NCBI GenBank assembly: GCA_013166835.1 | Contig: JABLTI010000056.1 | Coordinates: 1 to 17,892, forward strand | Reading direction: 5' to 3' | Length of the DNA stretch: 17,892 nt | DNA from: Promethearchaeati archaeon | Lineage (GTDB): Archaea > Asgardarchaeota > Heimdallarchaeia > JABLTI01 | Shown here: positions 6,957 through 15,799 of the stretch, one piece after another | Layout of the letters: every line of letters starts with the position of its first letter | Numbering within the stretch: position 1 is the first letter of the stretch | Made by a program: the position numbers and the translations under genes | The notes under the pieces: model-generated | What the model was told of the DNA's origin: nothing | Seen by the model: only the letters and a program-made list of their open reading frames with translations | The model's database searches: none

Positions 6957-9481
6957 TAGGAAATTTCAATATTCATTGGAAATTCAGGATTTTTGATAAC
7001 TATCAGTAGTATCCCTTCTTTGGTATTTACTTCCCAGTAGTTGTCAAGAGATTCATCATTACTTCTGAATTTTTTGTCATTAACTAGAACCATTTTGGGG
7101 ATTCGGTTATCGTAAATTCCAAAATGTATAGAGTTATTAGTTGATGGTAAATCATCTCGATTTCCTTGTTTAGAAACATCAATTGAAACACTCTTTCTTT
7201 TATCAACACCATAAAAAGAAAGGAAAGAATAATCACCATCCTCAAAAGCCTTAGTTGAACCATCATCTAAATAGACATTACCAAACATTTCCTCATCTGG
7301 AAAAATCTCAATGAATAAAGGATAATCAACTGCTTTTTCTACATTCTGGACTATAGGACCAAAAGGCATGATACTACCAGCTTTCACGAAAAGTGGTAGT
7401 TGATCGATATCCACATCTCTTTGTATAGTTTTCCCACCCTCAAGTAAATCTTTAGACCAATAATCATACCACTTGCCTTTAGGAAGATAAATATCTCTGC
7501 GAACTGAACTCTTTCCATTAGCTGCTTTTGTGAGTATTGGAGCAACAAGTAATTTATCACCAACAAAGAATTCAGTATTATACCATTTTGCATTATAGGT
7601 TTCAGAATCAGAAGGAAATTCCATGAATAATGGACGCATTAAAGGAATCCCGGTAAGAGTTGCTTCCCAAGTAAGCGTATATAAGTATGGTATCAATTGA
7701 TATCTTAATTCAATATATTTCCTAATTATCTTTTCAGTTTCTTCACCAAAAGCCCAAGGTTCTTGTGATAATGTTCCCTTAGCTGAATGATTTCTAACGA
7801 AGGGATAAAAAATACCAAGTTGATACCATCTTGTAAGTAATTCAGCATTACAATTTAGAGAGAAACCTCCAATATCAACAGCTACTAAAGGTTGACCAAC
7901 AAGTCCCATATTGAGAAGCATAGGAATTGTTTGTTGTAATCCTATCCAGTTACTCAAATTATCGCCTGTCCAACTAGCAGCATATCTTTGTATGCCTGCA
8001 TAACAACTTCGTGTAAAGAGAAATGTTCTATTATTACCTCGAAGTTTATCCACACCATCTCGAGTAGCCATCATCATACTTTGACCAAAGATATTGTGTG
8101 CATCTTTGTGATCTCCACCTAGACCATCCATGTTATGTTCTACATCATCAAGGGCAGTTCTTTTGAAAGTAAAAGTTGAGGGTTCATTCATATCTATCCA
8201 AAAACCTTCAACACCAACATCGAAAAGTGTCTTAAACTGAGTGCCCCACCATTCTCGAACATCTGGATTTGTAAAGTCAGGAAAAATGCTTTTTCCTGGC
8301 CAAACTCGAGTTACATATGAATTTTGATTTGGAAGTTTACATTGGTAATCATTTTTAACACAATCAGCAAAAACTTTGTAATTTTGATCTACTTTTAAAC
8401 CAGGATCAGTTATTGCAATAATCTTGAAACCATCTTCACTAAGATCACTAATCATCTTTTTAGGGTCTGGAAAGCGATCTTTGTCCCAAGTAAAACATCT
8501 GAAACCATCCATGTAGTCAATATCTAAATGAATACTATCACAGGGTATTTTTCTTTCACGGAAATTACGAGCAATATCTCGAACTTTTTCTTCTGGGTAA
8601 TAACTCCAGCGACATTGATGATGTCCGAGAATCCATCTCGGAGGAAGAGGTAGAGTTCCATTTATTGAGGAGATTTGCTTACAAACTCCTTCCAAAGTGG
8701 GACCTGTAAAGAAATAGTAGCAAATAGGTTCACTATCGGTGAAATATTCAACTGTGCTTTTTCTATTCTTTTTAGGTTTAATAATTGAATAGTGATGATT
8801 ATCATAAAAAATGCCATAAGCAGAACCATCTTTTCTTACACTTATTTGGATGGGTTCACTTTGATAAAGAGGATCATCGTTTTTACCAAAAGAAGTTGGA
8901 TCAGTATTCCAAAAAATCATCTTCTTTCCATTTTTAGCTAACTCACCAGTTCGTTCTCCAAATCCTACGTGCAATTCTTGTGTAGGTGAAACCTTCCGTA
9001 AAGACCCCCATGAACTATATTTCCCAAATGAAACAGCTTTTTCTTCTTCATTCAAAATTTCACCATTGATTTTTTGAAAGGTAATAGTTGAGTTACTTTC
9101 ATTGATTTTTATCAAAATATCATTTTTGTCTGAAACATTTTTATCAGTTTTTATTGTGAGATATCCACGTTCTTGTTTCAATTTAAGAGCAATAATAGCT
9201 TGCGGTTCTTTGGAAGCCCAAGAGATATGTTCTCGAGTTAATTTGTTCTTTGAAGCTCGAACTCGCCAAATAGAAGGGGAAACCAGTTTGATTTCTAGAA
9301 AACCATTTTCACATTCAATCGAAGCAATATTTTTATCAGATTTAAAAGAAGAAATGCCACCAAGAGAAACCCATTGCCAGGGAATTAATCTACGGTTCTT
9401 TAATGGAACAACTAAATTCATTAGACGTTTTATTATAAAATTGGAAACTCTATTGGAAAAAGTGAACTTCTCGGTCGGCAT
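6953..9481 (-). CDS. Glycoside hydrolase family 31 alpha-glucosidase
   Basis: Catalytic nucleophile motif GFWIDMNEP and acid/base motif WTGDN, plus HHQCRWSY, IHLDIDYMDGFRCFTWD, DIGGF, PFVRNHS, GIPLMRPL and LLVAPI. The likely start is ATG at 9481 (MPTEK); the ORF extends to 9547. Confidence 0.95.
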   Translation of the reverse strand: MPTEKFTFSNRVSNFIIKRLMNLVVPLKNRRLIPWQWVSLGGISSFKSDKNIASIECENGFLEIKLVSPSIWRVRASKNKLTREHISWASKEPQAIIALKLKQERGYLTIKTDKNVSDKNDILIKINESNSTITFQKINGEILNEEEKAVSFGKYSSWGSLRKVSPTQELHVGFGERTGELAKNGKKMIFWNTDPTSFGKNDDPLYQSEPIQISVRKDGSAYGIFYDNHHYSIIKPKKNRKSTVEYFTDSEPICYYFFTGPTLEGVCKQISSINGTLPLPPRWILGHHQCRWSYYPEEKVRDIARNFRERKIPCDSIHLDIDYMDGFRCFTWDKDRFPDPKKMISDLSEDGFKIIAITDPGLKVDQNYKVFADCVKNDYQCKLPNQNSYVTRVWPGKSIFPDFTNPDVREWWGTQFKTLFDVGVEGFWIDMNEPSTFTFKRTALDDVEHNMDGLGGDHKDAHNIFGQSMMMATRDGVDKLRGNNRTFLFTRSCYAGIQRYAASWTGDNLSNWIGLQQTIPMLLNMGLVGQPLVAVDIGGFSLNCNAELLTRWYQLGIFYPFVRNHSAKGTLSQEPWAFGEETEKIIRKYIELRYQLIPYLYTLTWEATLTGIPLMRPLFMEFPSDSETYNAKWYNTEFFVGDKLLVAPILTKAANGKSSVRRDIYLPKGKWYDYWSKDLLEGGKTIQRDVDIDQLPLFVKAGSIMPFGPIVQNVEKAVDYPLFIEIFPDEEMFGNVYLDDGSTKAFEDGDYSFLSFYGVDKRKSVSIDVSKQGNRDDLPSTNNSIHFGIYDNRIPKMVLVNDKKFRSNDESLDNYWEVNTKEGILLIVIKNPEFPMNIEISY

Positions 9482-9604
9482 AAAAAACTTGTCGAACTCA
9501 TAGCATAAAATACTTTGGATATGTGAAAATTCAATTTGGATAAACAAATGATGAAGTTTTATCTAGAAGACGTTTTATAATAAAATACAAATGAAACAAA
9601 TTAG

Positions 9605-10798
9605 TCAGTTATGTTCCATTTGTTGGATTCTTTTTCTATATTTAGCAAGTGCAATAATGGAAACTATTAGATAACAACCAGCTATTGGTATAAAGACTTC
9701 TAGCGCTACTATTAAGTTAAATGTTCTAATTGCAGGTAGAACATATAGATCTATTATCTCAAAATATGGGCTTGAATCATAATCAGATATTGTTCCTGTA
9801 AAAGCTACAATTATATCTTCTTCAGGAAAAACAAAAATACTTTGACCATATCTTCCTTGAGCCGAATATGCATCAAGATAAGGATGTGTCCACCATTGTT
9901 TTGCATATCCCCAATCTTCATTAAAATACCAATGCCTTTGGGAAACTTCTTGAACCCAATTGTCAGGTAAGATTTGTTCTCCATCCCAATAACCATCATT
10001 TAGATACAGATAACCTAATTTTGTCATATCTCTTGGGGTTATATACAAACCATGACCGCCAAAAGCAATTCCTTGCTTGTCTTCTTGCCAATAATAATGA
10101 GTAATCCCCAAAGGATTAAATAAATACTGCTCTGCAAAATCTGAGGTATTCATACCGGTTGCTTCTTGAATTATTGCAGAGATTAGATGACTTCCACCGG
10201 TATCATAATTAAAAATTGTTCCTGGATCTGTAGCCATTGGTTGGTCAAGTATGTATTGTACTTGATCATCTGCATTCATCCAACCCATCCAAATTGCATC
10301 ATCACCTGGATAAGCTAATCCCGTAGACATTAAAAGTAAATGTTCAATTGTCATTGCTTCCTTTCTTGAATCGACATTGGAGATATTTCGATCACTAAAA
10401 TAATCAAGCACATATTCATTTACACTAGGAATATATCCTTCCTCTATTGCTATACCCATCAAGGTACAAATGAAACTTTTTGTAACAGACCACATGGGAT
10501 GAATATCCAAAGCATCATAAAAAAATGAATACCATTCTTTTATCAAGAAACCATTTCGAATAATAACAAACTGGTCCACATGAGAGTATTGATGATCGTC
10601 ATTCCAATCTTGAAAATAATTATCTATTCTATTTAATCGTGCACCACTCATTTGGTGAGTAATTGGGTTGGATGTAGGCCACTCATCTGTTGGCCAAACT
10701 GCATTTACAAGTGTGAGTTGATTGCTAGTAAAAATAATTACAATTATAAATGAAAATAAACTGAATCCCATTAATTTATTTTTATAGTTAGAAATCAT
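9605..10798 (-). CDS. Secreted, C-terminally anchored serine hydrolase (beta-lactamase/AmpC-like, 6-aminohexanoate-dimer hydrolase type)
   Basis: SxxK motif (WSVTKS), TIEHLLLMSTG, PGTIFNYDTG (YxN variant), LFNPLGI, PRDMTKLGYLYL and SAQGRYGQ. N-terminal signal peptide and C-terminal TM + KYRKR. Start is probably ATG at 10798; the ORF extends to 10846. Confidence 0.9.
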   Translation of the reverse strand: MISNYKNKLMGFSLFSFIIVIIFTSNQLTLVNAVWPTDEWPTSNPITHQMSGARLNRIDNYFQDWNDDHQYSHVDQFVIIRNGFLIKEWYSFFYDALDIHPMWSVTKSFICTLMGIAIEEGYIPSVNEYVLDYFSDRNISNVDSRKEAMTIEHLLLMSTGLAYPGDDAIWMGWMNADDQVQYILDQPMATDPGTIFNYDTGGSHLISAIIQEATGMNTSDFAEQYLFNPLGITHYYWQEDKQGIAFGGHGLYITPRDMTKLGYLYLNDGYWDGEQILPDNWVQEVSQRHWYFNEDWGYAKQWWTHPYLDAYSAQGRYGQSIFVFPEEDIIVAFTGTISDYDSSPYFEIIDLYVLPAIRTFNLIVALEVFIPIAGCYLIVSIIALAKYRKRIQQMEHN

Positions 10799-10997
10799 AG
10801 TAACACACAATTGATGTTTATTACTTAAAATTAAATCAATAATCATAGGTCTTAAAATTAGATTTAATATCCTATCTTAAAGCACTTTGTAAATGACCTT
10901 TCTCATTTATTGGAGCTATATGACAAGGTCGAAACCTTTTTTTGAAGACAGAATGCAAGTGATAATCAATAGATGACGAATTTGGGGTCTTAAAAAA

Positions 10998-11807
10998 TTG
11001 GAACCAGACTATTATCTAAGAGATCTTGTTGCTGATGATTGGTCAAAATTCAATGAAATAGACAAACTAATTTTTCCAGATGAACAAATGAGGGAAAGCA
11101 GTTTCATGAGTGGATTGTCTGGATTAAAATCCTTGTCTGTAATAGCTGTGCATAAGGATTCAAAGGATTTTGTAGGATATTACAAAATAGGGGTCTATGG
11201 AAATGAAGGACACGTGATGAGAATAGGAGTGCACCCAGAACATCGAAGAAAAGGTCTAGGTTCTCATTTACTAGAAAGAAGCATGCATCATTTGAAGAAT
11301 GCAGGATGCAAAAGCTATTACCTCTACGTAGTGGAAGATAATAAAGCAGCAATAGACTTGTACAAAAAACAGGGATATGAAGTTGATAAAAAAAGCTGGC
11401 AATTCATTTTTCCATACAAGAAATTGACCAAGAAACCACGAGGAAAAATCAGACATGTAGAGTGGGGAGAAATACAAATGATTTGCTTAAGATTCAACTT
11501 AAATCCGGTCCTTATTCAACAATACTTCGGAAGAGAAAACCAACACGTATTGGTTTTTGAAGTCATGGGACAACAAATTGGTTTTACTAGATTCAGTCCA
11601 GATTTCCCAGGGGGCATGCCATTCTTACTGAAAGATCCAAGTTACGCAATAGATTTTGTTTCACATCTGAAAAGCTACATAACAAATCCCGAATTTGACA
11701 GCATAAAAACTACTTTTGATAATCAAGAGAGATTAGTGGAATATCTGCAAAAAGAAAAGATAAAAGTAAACTATGAACTCTTAAAAATGAGGAGATTAGC
11801 GGATTAG
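10998..11807 (+). CDS. GNAT family N-acetyltransferase (RimI-like N-terminal domain plus degenerate second domain)
   Basis: Acetyl-CoA motif A (IGVHPEHRRKGLGSHLL) and motif B (LYVVEDNKAAIDLYKKQGY). Confidence 0.92.
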   Translation: MEPDYYLRDLVADDWSKFNEIDKLIFPDEQMRESSFMSGLSGLKSLSVIAVHKDSKDFVGYYKIGVYGNEGHVMRIGVHPEHRRKGLGSHLLERSMHHLKNAGCKSYYLYVVEDNKAAIDLYKKQGYEVDKKSWQFIFPYKKLTKKPRGKIRHVEWGEIQMICLRFNLNPVLIQQYFGRENQHVLVFEVMGQQIGFTRFSPDFPGGMPFLLKDPSYAIDFVSHLKSYITNPEFDSIKTTFDNQERLVEYLQKEKIKVNYELLKMRRLAD

Positions 11808-11824
11808 AGTAGGAAAAGAGTGAA

Positions 11825-12283
11825 CTATCTTCTGCGACCAGCAATTTGTGCAACACAGAAGAGAACAAAAAATAAAACTCTAAGAATTAAGTAAATACTC
11901 CACCCTATATAAAAAAACCACTCTAGAGGATGCTTAGCAGAACGTTTTCTTTGAGGTGGTTGATACCATTTCCTTTCTCCATCAGATGATGTTGTATAAT
12001 AGCTGCCAGATGAAGAAGTTCTTTCCTCAGAGGTTTCTGGGGGAGAATAAGCAGAAGAGTAACTTGAAGCAGCTGCTGCTATACTAGTGCCACAGAAACT
12101 ACAGAATTTATTGCTGAGGACATTACTAGCTTTGCAATTCGGACATGCAACTTCACCAGAAGAAGTTTTCAGAACAGGATACATTTTTCTGGTAGAAGCT
12201 TTACTAATAGGGGTTCCACAAAAAGGACAAAAAACATCTTCTTTCTTAATAGATTCTCCACAATTAGGACAAGAACTCGACAT
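11825..12283 (-). CDS. Double zinc-ribbon, tail-anchored membrane protein
   Basis: Two ribbons, CPNC-x10-CPFC and CPNC-x10-CSFC, then a Ser/Tyr-rich linker, a C-terminal hydrophobic helix and RRR. AGGAG lies upstream. Confidence 0.85.
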   Translation of the reverse strand: MSSSCPNCGESIKKEDVFCPFCGTPISKASTRKMYPVLKTSSGEVACPNCKASNVLSNKFCSFCGTSIAAAASSYSSAYSPPETSEERTSSSGSYYTTSSDGERKWYQPPQRKRSAKHPLEWFFYIGWSIYLILRVLFFVLFCVAQIAGRRR

Positions 12284-12442
12284 GTTTGACTGACAATCTC
12301 CTTAAACTGAAATTATATTAATTTACTCTCAATAGAAATAAGGGTAATCAAAAATAAAAAACCTTCCAATTCAAGCAAATAAAATCAAAAAAAATCAGCA
12401 CAAAATTTAGATAAACGTTACTCTAATAAGAATTAGAAGAAA

Positions 12443-12949
12443 ATGACAAACATAATGCTCACAGGATTTCCAAGAGTAGGAAAAACGACTGCTATAATGA
12501 AATTCTTGGAGAAAACAACAAAAAAGTGCTCTGGGTTTTACACAGAAGAAATAAAGAACAAAAATGGAAGAAGAGAGGGATTCAAAATAGTAGGGATCAG
12601 TACAGGAGAAGTAGGAACATTAGCACATATCAATGTGAAGAGTTTTCGGAAAGTAGGGAAATATTTTGTTGATTTTGAAGGGTTTGAAGCAGTGGCATTA
12701 CCGGAAATGGAGGTAGATGCAGAATTAGTGATCATAGATGAAATAGGAAAAATGGAATTATTCTCAAGTGAATTCAAATTCCAGTTGATGCAAAATCTAA
12801 ACATTGGAAACGTTTTGGCAACGATAACCAAAAAAGGAGGAGGGAACTACATAGAATTGTTGAAAAAAAGAGTTGATATAGAACTTATAGAACTAACAAA
12901 ACAGAATAGAGATGAGGTAGTAAAAGAGTTACTCGAGAGAATAGGATGA
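12443..12949 (+). CDS. THEP1/NTPase_1 family nucleoside triphosphatase
   Basis: Walker A GFPRVGKTT, GFYTEE, GRREGF, VGKYFVD and Walker B LVIIDEIGKMEL. Confidence 0.93.
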   Translation: MTNIMLTGFPRVGKTTAIMKFLEKTTKKCSGFYTEEIKNKNGRREGFKIVGISTGEVGTLAHINVKSFRKVGKYFVDFEGFEAVALPEMEVDAELVIIDEIGKMELFSSEFKFQLMQNLNIGNVLATITKKGGGNYIELLKKRVDIELIELTKQNRDEVVKELLERIG

Positions 12950-12970
12950 AAACAAAGAGACGAACAAAAA

Positions 12971-13333
12971 ATGAAGCACAAAAAAATACCACTGAAAAGA
13001 GAAGACCTAGTTCATGAAGTAACAATTAGTCAAGATGGTTGTAAAATAGTGGAACTAGAAAGAAATGAGGAGTATTCACTAGCATATGGGGAATTAGGAG
13101 TAGGAGAGAAAAGTAAAGAACACAAAATGGCGATGCAGGAGCTGTATTATTTCATACAAGGAAAAGGAAAAATAACAATAAACAAAAAAGAAAAGGGTAT
13201 CGAGAAAGGAGACGTAATAATAATACCGAAAAATGCTATACAGAAACTGGAAAATATCGGAAAAGAAACACTGAAATTTCTCCTGATAGTGAATCCACCA
13301 TACGATCCAGAGAAAGAACAAATATTGGAATGA
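12971..13333 (+). CDS. Cupin-domain protein
   Basis: Cupin motif 1 (GEKSKEHKMAMQELYYFIQGKG) and motif 2 (KGDVIIIPKNAIQKLEN), followed by LKFLLIVNPPY. Confidence 0.9.
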   Translation: MKHKKIPLKREDLVHEVTISQDGCKIVELERNEEYSLAYGELGVGEKSKEHKMAMQELYYFIQGKGKITINKKEKGIEKGDVIIIPKNAIQKLENIGKETLKFLLIVNPPYDPEKEQILE

Positions 13334-13401
13334 AAAAAACAGAAAAAATAAAAAACTTTCAATTCATTAAATTACTAATCCTTTCACTAGGAGGGTGAAA
13401 A

Positions 13402-14277
13402 ATGGGAAATGAAACAGGAAAACTGTTTTTCAGAATAGCGGTATCAATTACCCTATTAGGGTTGCTTTTGTATTTTGTTCAAGAAATAATAGTTTGGTTT
13501 AGACAATTACCTATAATTATGCCAGCCAATGGTGTACCAGCAACTATTCTAATTTCAAACATAGCAATGATGATAGCAATAATTTTAGTAATAATACTAT
13601 TGTTCACGGGATTCAAGAATACAAAGATAACAAGAATAACAATCATAATAGGAGCAGTGTACCTATTAGGATTTACAATAGCACATGCATTTATACCATT
13701 CTTTAACACAGGGAATTGGGCAATACCTATATTCTTTGGAAAAAACATAGTAGCATTCTATAGCTATTATGATATAAGCTTCATCAATCTATTACTACTA
13801 GGAATAATAGCAATATTTGTGATTGGAAAATCGATAACAAAAATGAATCAAGAAAAAATAACTATAACAGAAAAATTCACATACATAGTAGTGCTGAGCT
13901 TACTATTCATATTTAATCTATCAACAATAAGTACATTAAAAGGATTCTTGTTAGGAGTATATTCAGTATTACAATATTACGGATTCTTTATGCTGCCATA
14001 TATAATAGAAACAATACTGATAGCATTCGCAATAATACTATTTGCAATAAGTATAGGAAATAAAGAAAATAAAACAGTAAAAATACTAGGAATAATACTC
14101 CTAAACATCTTCTTCATAAGTATGATATCAACAACAGTAACAGACTCAATCTTAAATTTCACAATAGGTGCTGAATACATACCATTGGTAACAGGAAATT
14201 ACTTAATAATAATAGGAACGGTACTAACAAGCATAGCATCAATAATAACAATAAAAAATAAAATACAAGAGAAATAA
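13402..14277 (+). CDS. Polytopic membrane protein of unknown function (~8 TM)
   Basis: 291-aa ORF with about eight hydrophobic segments; strong SD AGGAGG at 13389-13394. Confidence 0.8.
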   Translation: MGNETGKLFFRIAVSITLLGLLLYFVQEIIVWFRQLPIIMPANGVPATILISNIAMMIAIILVIILLFTGFKNTKITRITIIIGAVYLLGFTIAHAFIPFFNTGNWAIPIFFGKNIVAFYSYYDISFINLLLLGIIAIFVIGKSITKMNQEKITITEKFTYIVVLSLLFIFNLSTISTLKGFLLGVYSVLQYYGFFMLPYIIETILIAFAIILFAISIGNKENKTVKILGIILLNIFFISMISTTVTDSILNFTIGAEYIPLVTGNYLIIIGTVLTSIASIITIKNKIQEK

Positions 14278-14416
14278 AAAAAAGAAACAAGCAAAAAATT
14301 AGAGAAAAAAATCTCTAATATTCCTCCTTTTTTTAAAAATAAAGTGAAAATTTTCCTTAATAACAAAGATAAAGAGATAGAAAAAACAAAAGGAAAAGAG
14401 AAATCAAAATCAAGAA

Positions 14417-15196
14417 TTGGTGAACTCAATGAGTTCTGTTTTAGATATCTTCTTGGCAATCTTCACAATAATTATGCCATTATTTGGTGGAGCAATAACT
14501 GTTATCATGTTCTATTACAGAGATGTCATGGAGAAAGAACCAAGAAGACTTGTTGTCAATATTTTTATTTGGGGATTATTAACAGGTTTAATTATTATCG
14601 CTTTTACCATACCAATGTTCATATTAGCTAATAGAGCTATCAAGTTTCTAACAGAAGATTGGCAAATAATTCTAGTAATGTTAGCATTTGCATTAGTACA
14701 AGTACTAGCGGAAGAGGGGCTAAAAGGAGTAGTATTGTGGAGGAAATGCTTCCGGGTTATAAAAGAAGTAGATGGATTATTCGATGGATTCTTTTATGGA
14801 GCAATAATCGGAACAGGAGCAGGGGTAGTAGATGCAGTAGCATATAGTATTCTAGCAACAGATTGGTTAAGTGGACTAGAAATAGCAATAATAAGAACAA
14901 TAAGAATACCAGGAACACATGCACTGTTTACAGGAATACTGGGAATGTATTTTGCCTGGCACAGATATAGAAATAAAAAAATGTACCCAGGAATGATCTA
15001 CGCAGTACTATTACACACAATCTGGAACATCACAACATACATAATATCATTCTATTTAGTAGGAATACTATTCTATGCGACAAACTTTGCGTTACTAGGA
15101 TTATACCTGATAATAATGTTCATACTAAGTACCTCACTCATAAAATATGACCGGAAAAACTTCCCAAGAGGAACAGAGATATTACAGGAAAACTGA
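14417..15196 (+). CDS. prsW: PrsW-family glutamic-type intramembrane metalloprotease
   Basis: YYRD..EKEP, EEGLKG (EExxK), DGFFYGAIIG, HALFTG and HTIWN motifs, with multiple TM segments. The start could be the TTG, the following GTG, or ATG at 14429. Confidence 0.88.
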   Translation: MVNSMSSVLDIFLAIFTIIMPLFGGAITVIMFYYRDVMEKEPRRLVVNIFIWGLLTGLIIIAFTIPMFILANRAIKFLTEDWQIILVMLAFALVQVLAEEGLKGVVLWRKCFRVIKEVDGLFDGFFYGAIIGTGAGVVDAVAYSILATDWLSGLEIAIIRTIRIPGTHALFTGILGMYFAWHRYRNKKMYPGMIYAVLLHTIWNITTYIISFYLVGILFYATNFALLGLYLIIMFILSTSLIKYDRKNFPRGTEILQEN

Positions 15197-15258
15197 AAAC
15201 ACGAAAAAGAGAGGTATAAATAGAAGAAAAAACAAAATGATAACCTAGAGGGAAAAGA

Positions 15259-15681
15259 TTGGAGAAGAAACTGGAAAAAAACTTTCTGTTAGAAACAAGA
15301 TATGAAAATGATAAGAATAGCATGAAATTCTTTCTATATCTATCAATAATAATGCCAATATACTTGATAGTCTATTTCGCAATAATACTAACGTGGAAAA
15401 AACATTACCAAGAAATAAGTCAAATGAGAGACGAGGAAAGAGAAATAGAATTACTAAACATAATACATACAAAGAGAATCAAAAACCAGAAATATATCTA
15501 TACCTATTATGCACTGGTAGATCTAGGAAACAAACAAGTAAAAGATATCCTGATAGAGAAAATAATAAGAAAAGATAGATATCCGTTTTCTACAATCAAT
15601 TATGGGAACAGCATTACAGCATACGGAGTATTACTAGCATACATAGAGAAAAAAGAAAAAGAAGAAAAGTGGGGAAAATAG
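15259..15681 (+). CDS. Hypothetical protein with one N-terminal TM helix
   Basis: Hydrophobic segment FFLYLSIIMPIYLIVYFAIILTW followed by KK and a charged helical domain. The true start may be ATG at 15322. Confidence 0.6.
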   Translation: MEKKLEKNFLLETRYENDKNSMKFFLYLSIIMPIYLIVYFAIILTWKKHYQEISQMRDEEREIELLNIIHTKRIKNQKYIYTYYALVDLGNKQVKDILIEKIIRKDRYPFSTINYGNSITAYGVLLAYIEKKEKEEKWGK

Positions 15682-15761
15682 AGAGAAGAAAAAGAATTTT
15701 GAGCGGGACAAAAAAAGAAAAAAGAATATTCCGAAAAAAAGCGGAAAAAGAGACCTATTAA

Positions 15762-15776
15762 CAAAACTTATTTAAA
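15762..15776 (+). promoter_or_regulatory. BRE/TATA-like promoter for the candidate RNA at 15800
   Basis: caaaac-TTATTTAAA lies about 25 nt upstream of the first base of the long hairpin, with no annotated protein gene downstream on this strand. Confidence 0.4.
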
Positions 15777-15799
15777 GGTGAAAATCCAACAAAAAGATA

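Noticed and set aside
457-9999. Short alternative-frame or antisense ORFs (457-669, 1142-1411, 3535-3753, 3648-3902, 5993-6328, 7084-7266, 7384-7593, 9102-9503, 9811-9999)
   Set aside because: All are nested within, or almost entirely overlap, longer genes with recognisable motifs, and none has features of its own.
10895-10943. Small hairpin aaggt-cgaa-acctt + T-run with an alternative gacctt partner upstream of the GNAT gene
   Set aside because: Stems are only 5-6 bp, and the sequence is equally explained as a BRE/TATA-like promoter element or by chance.
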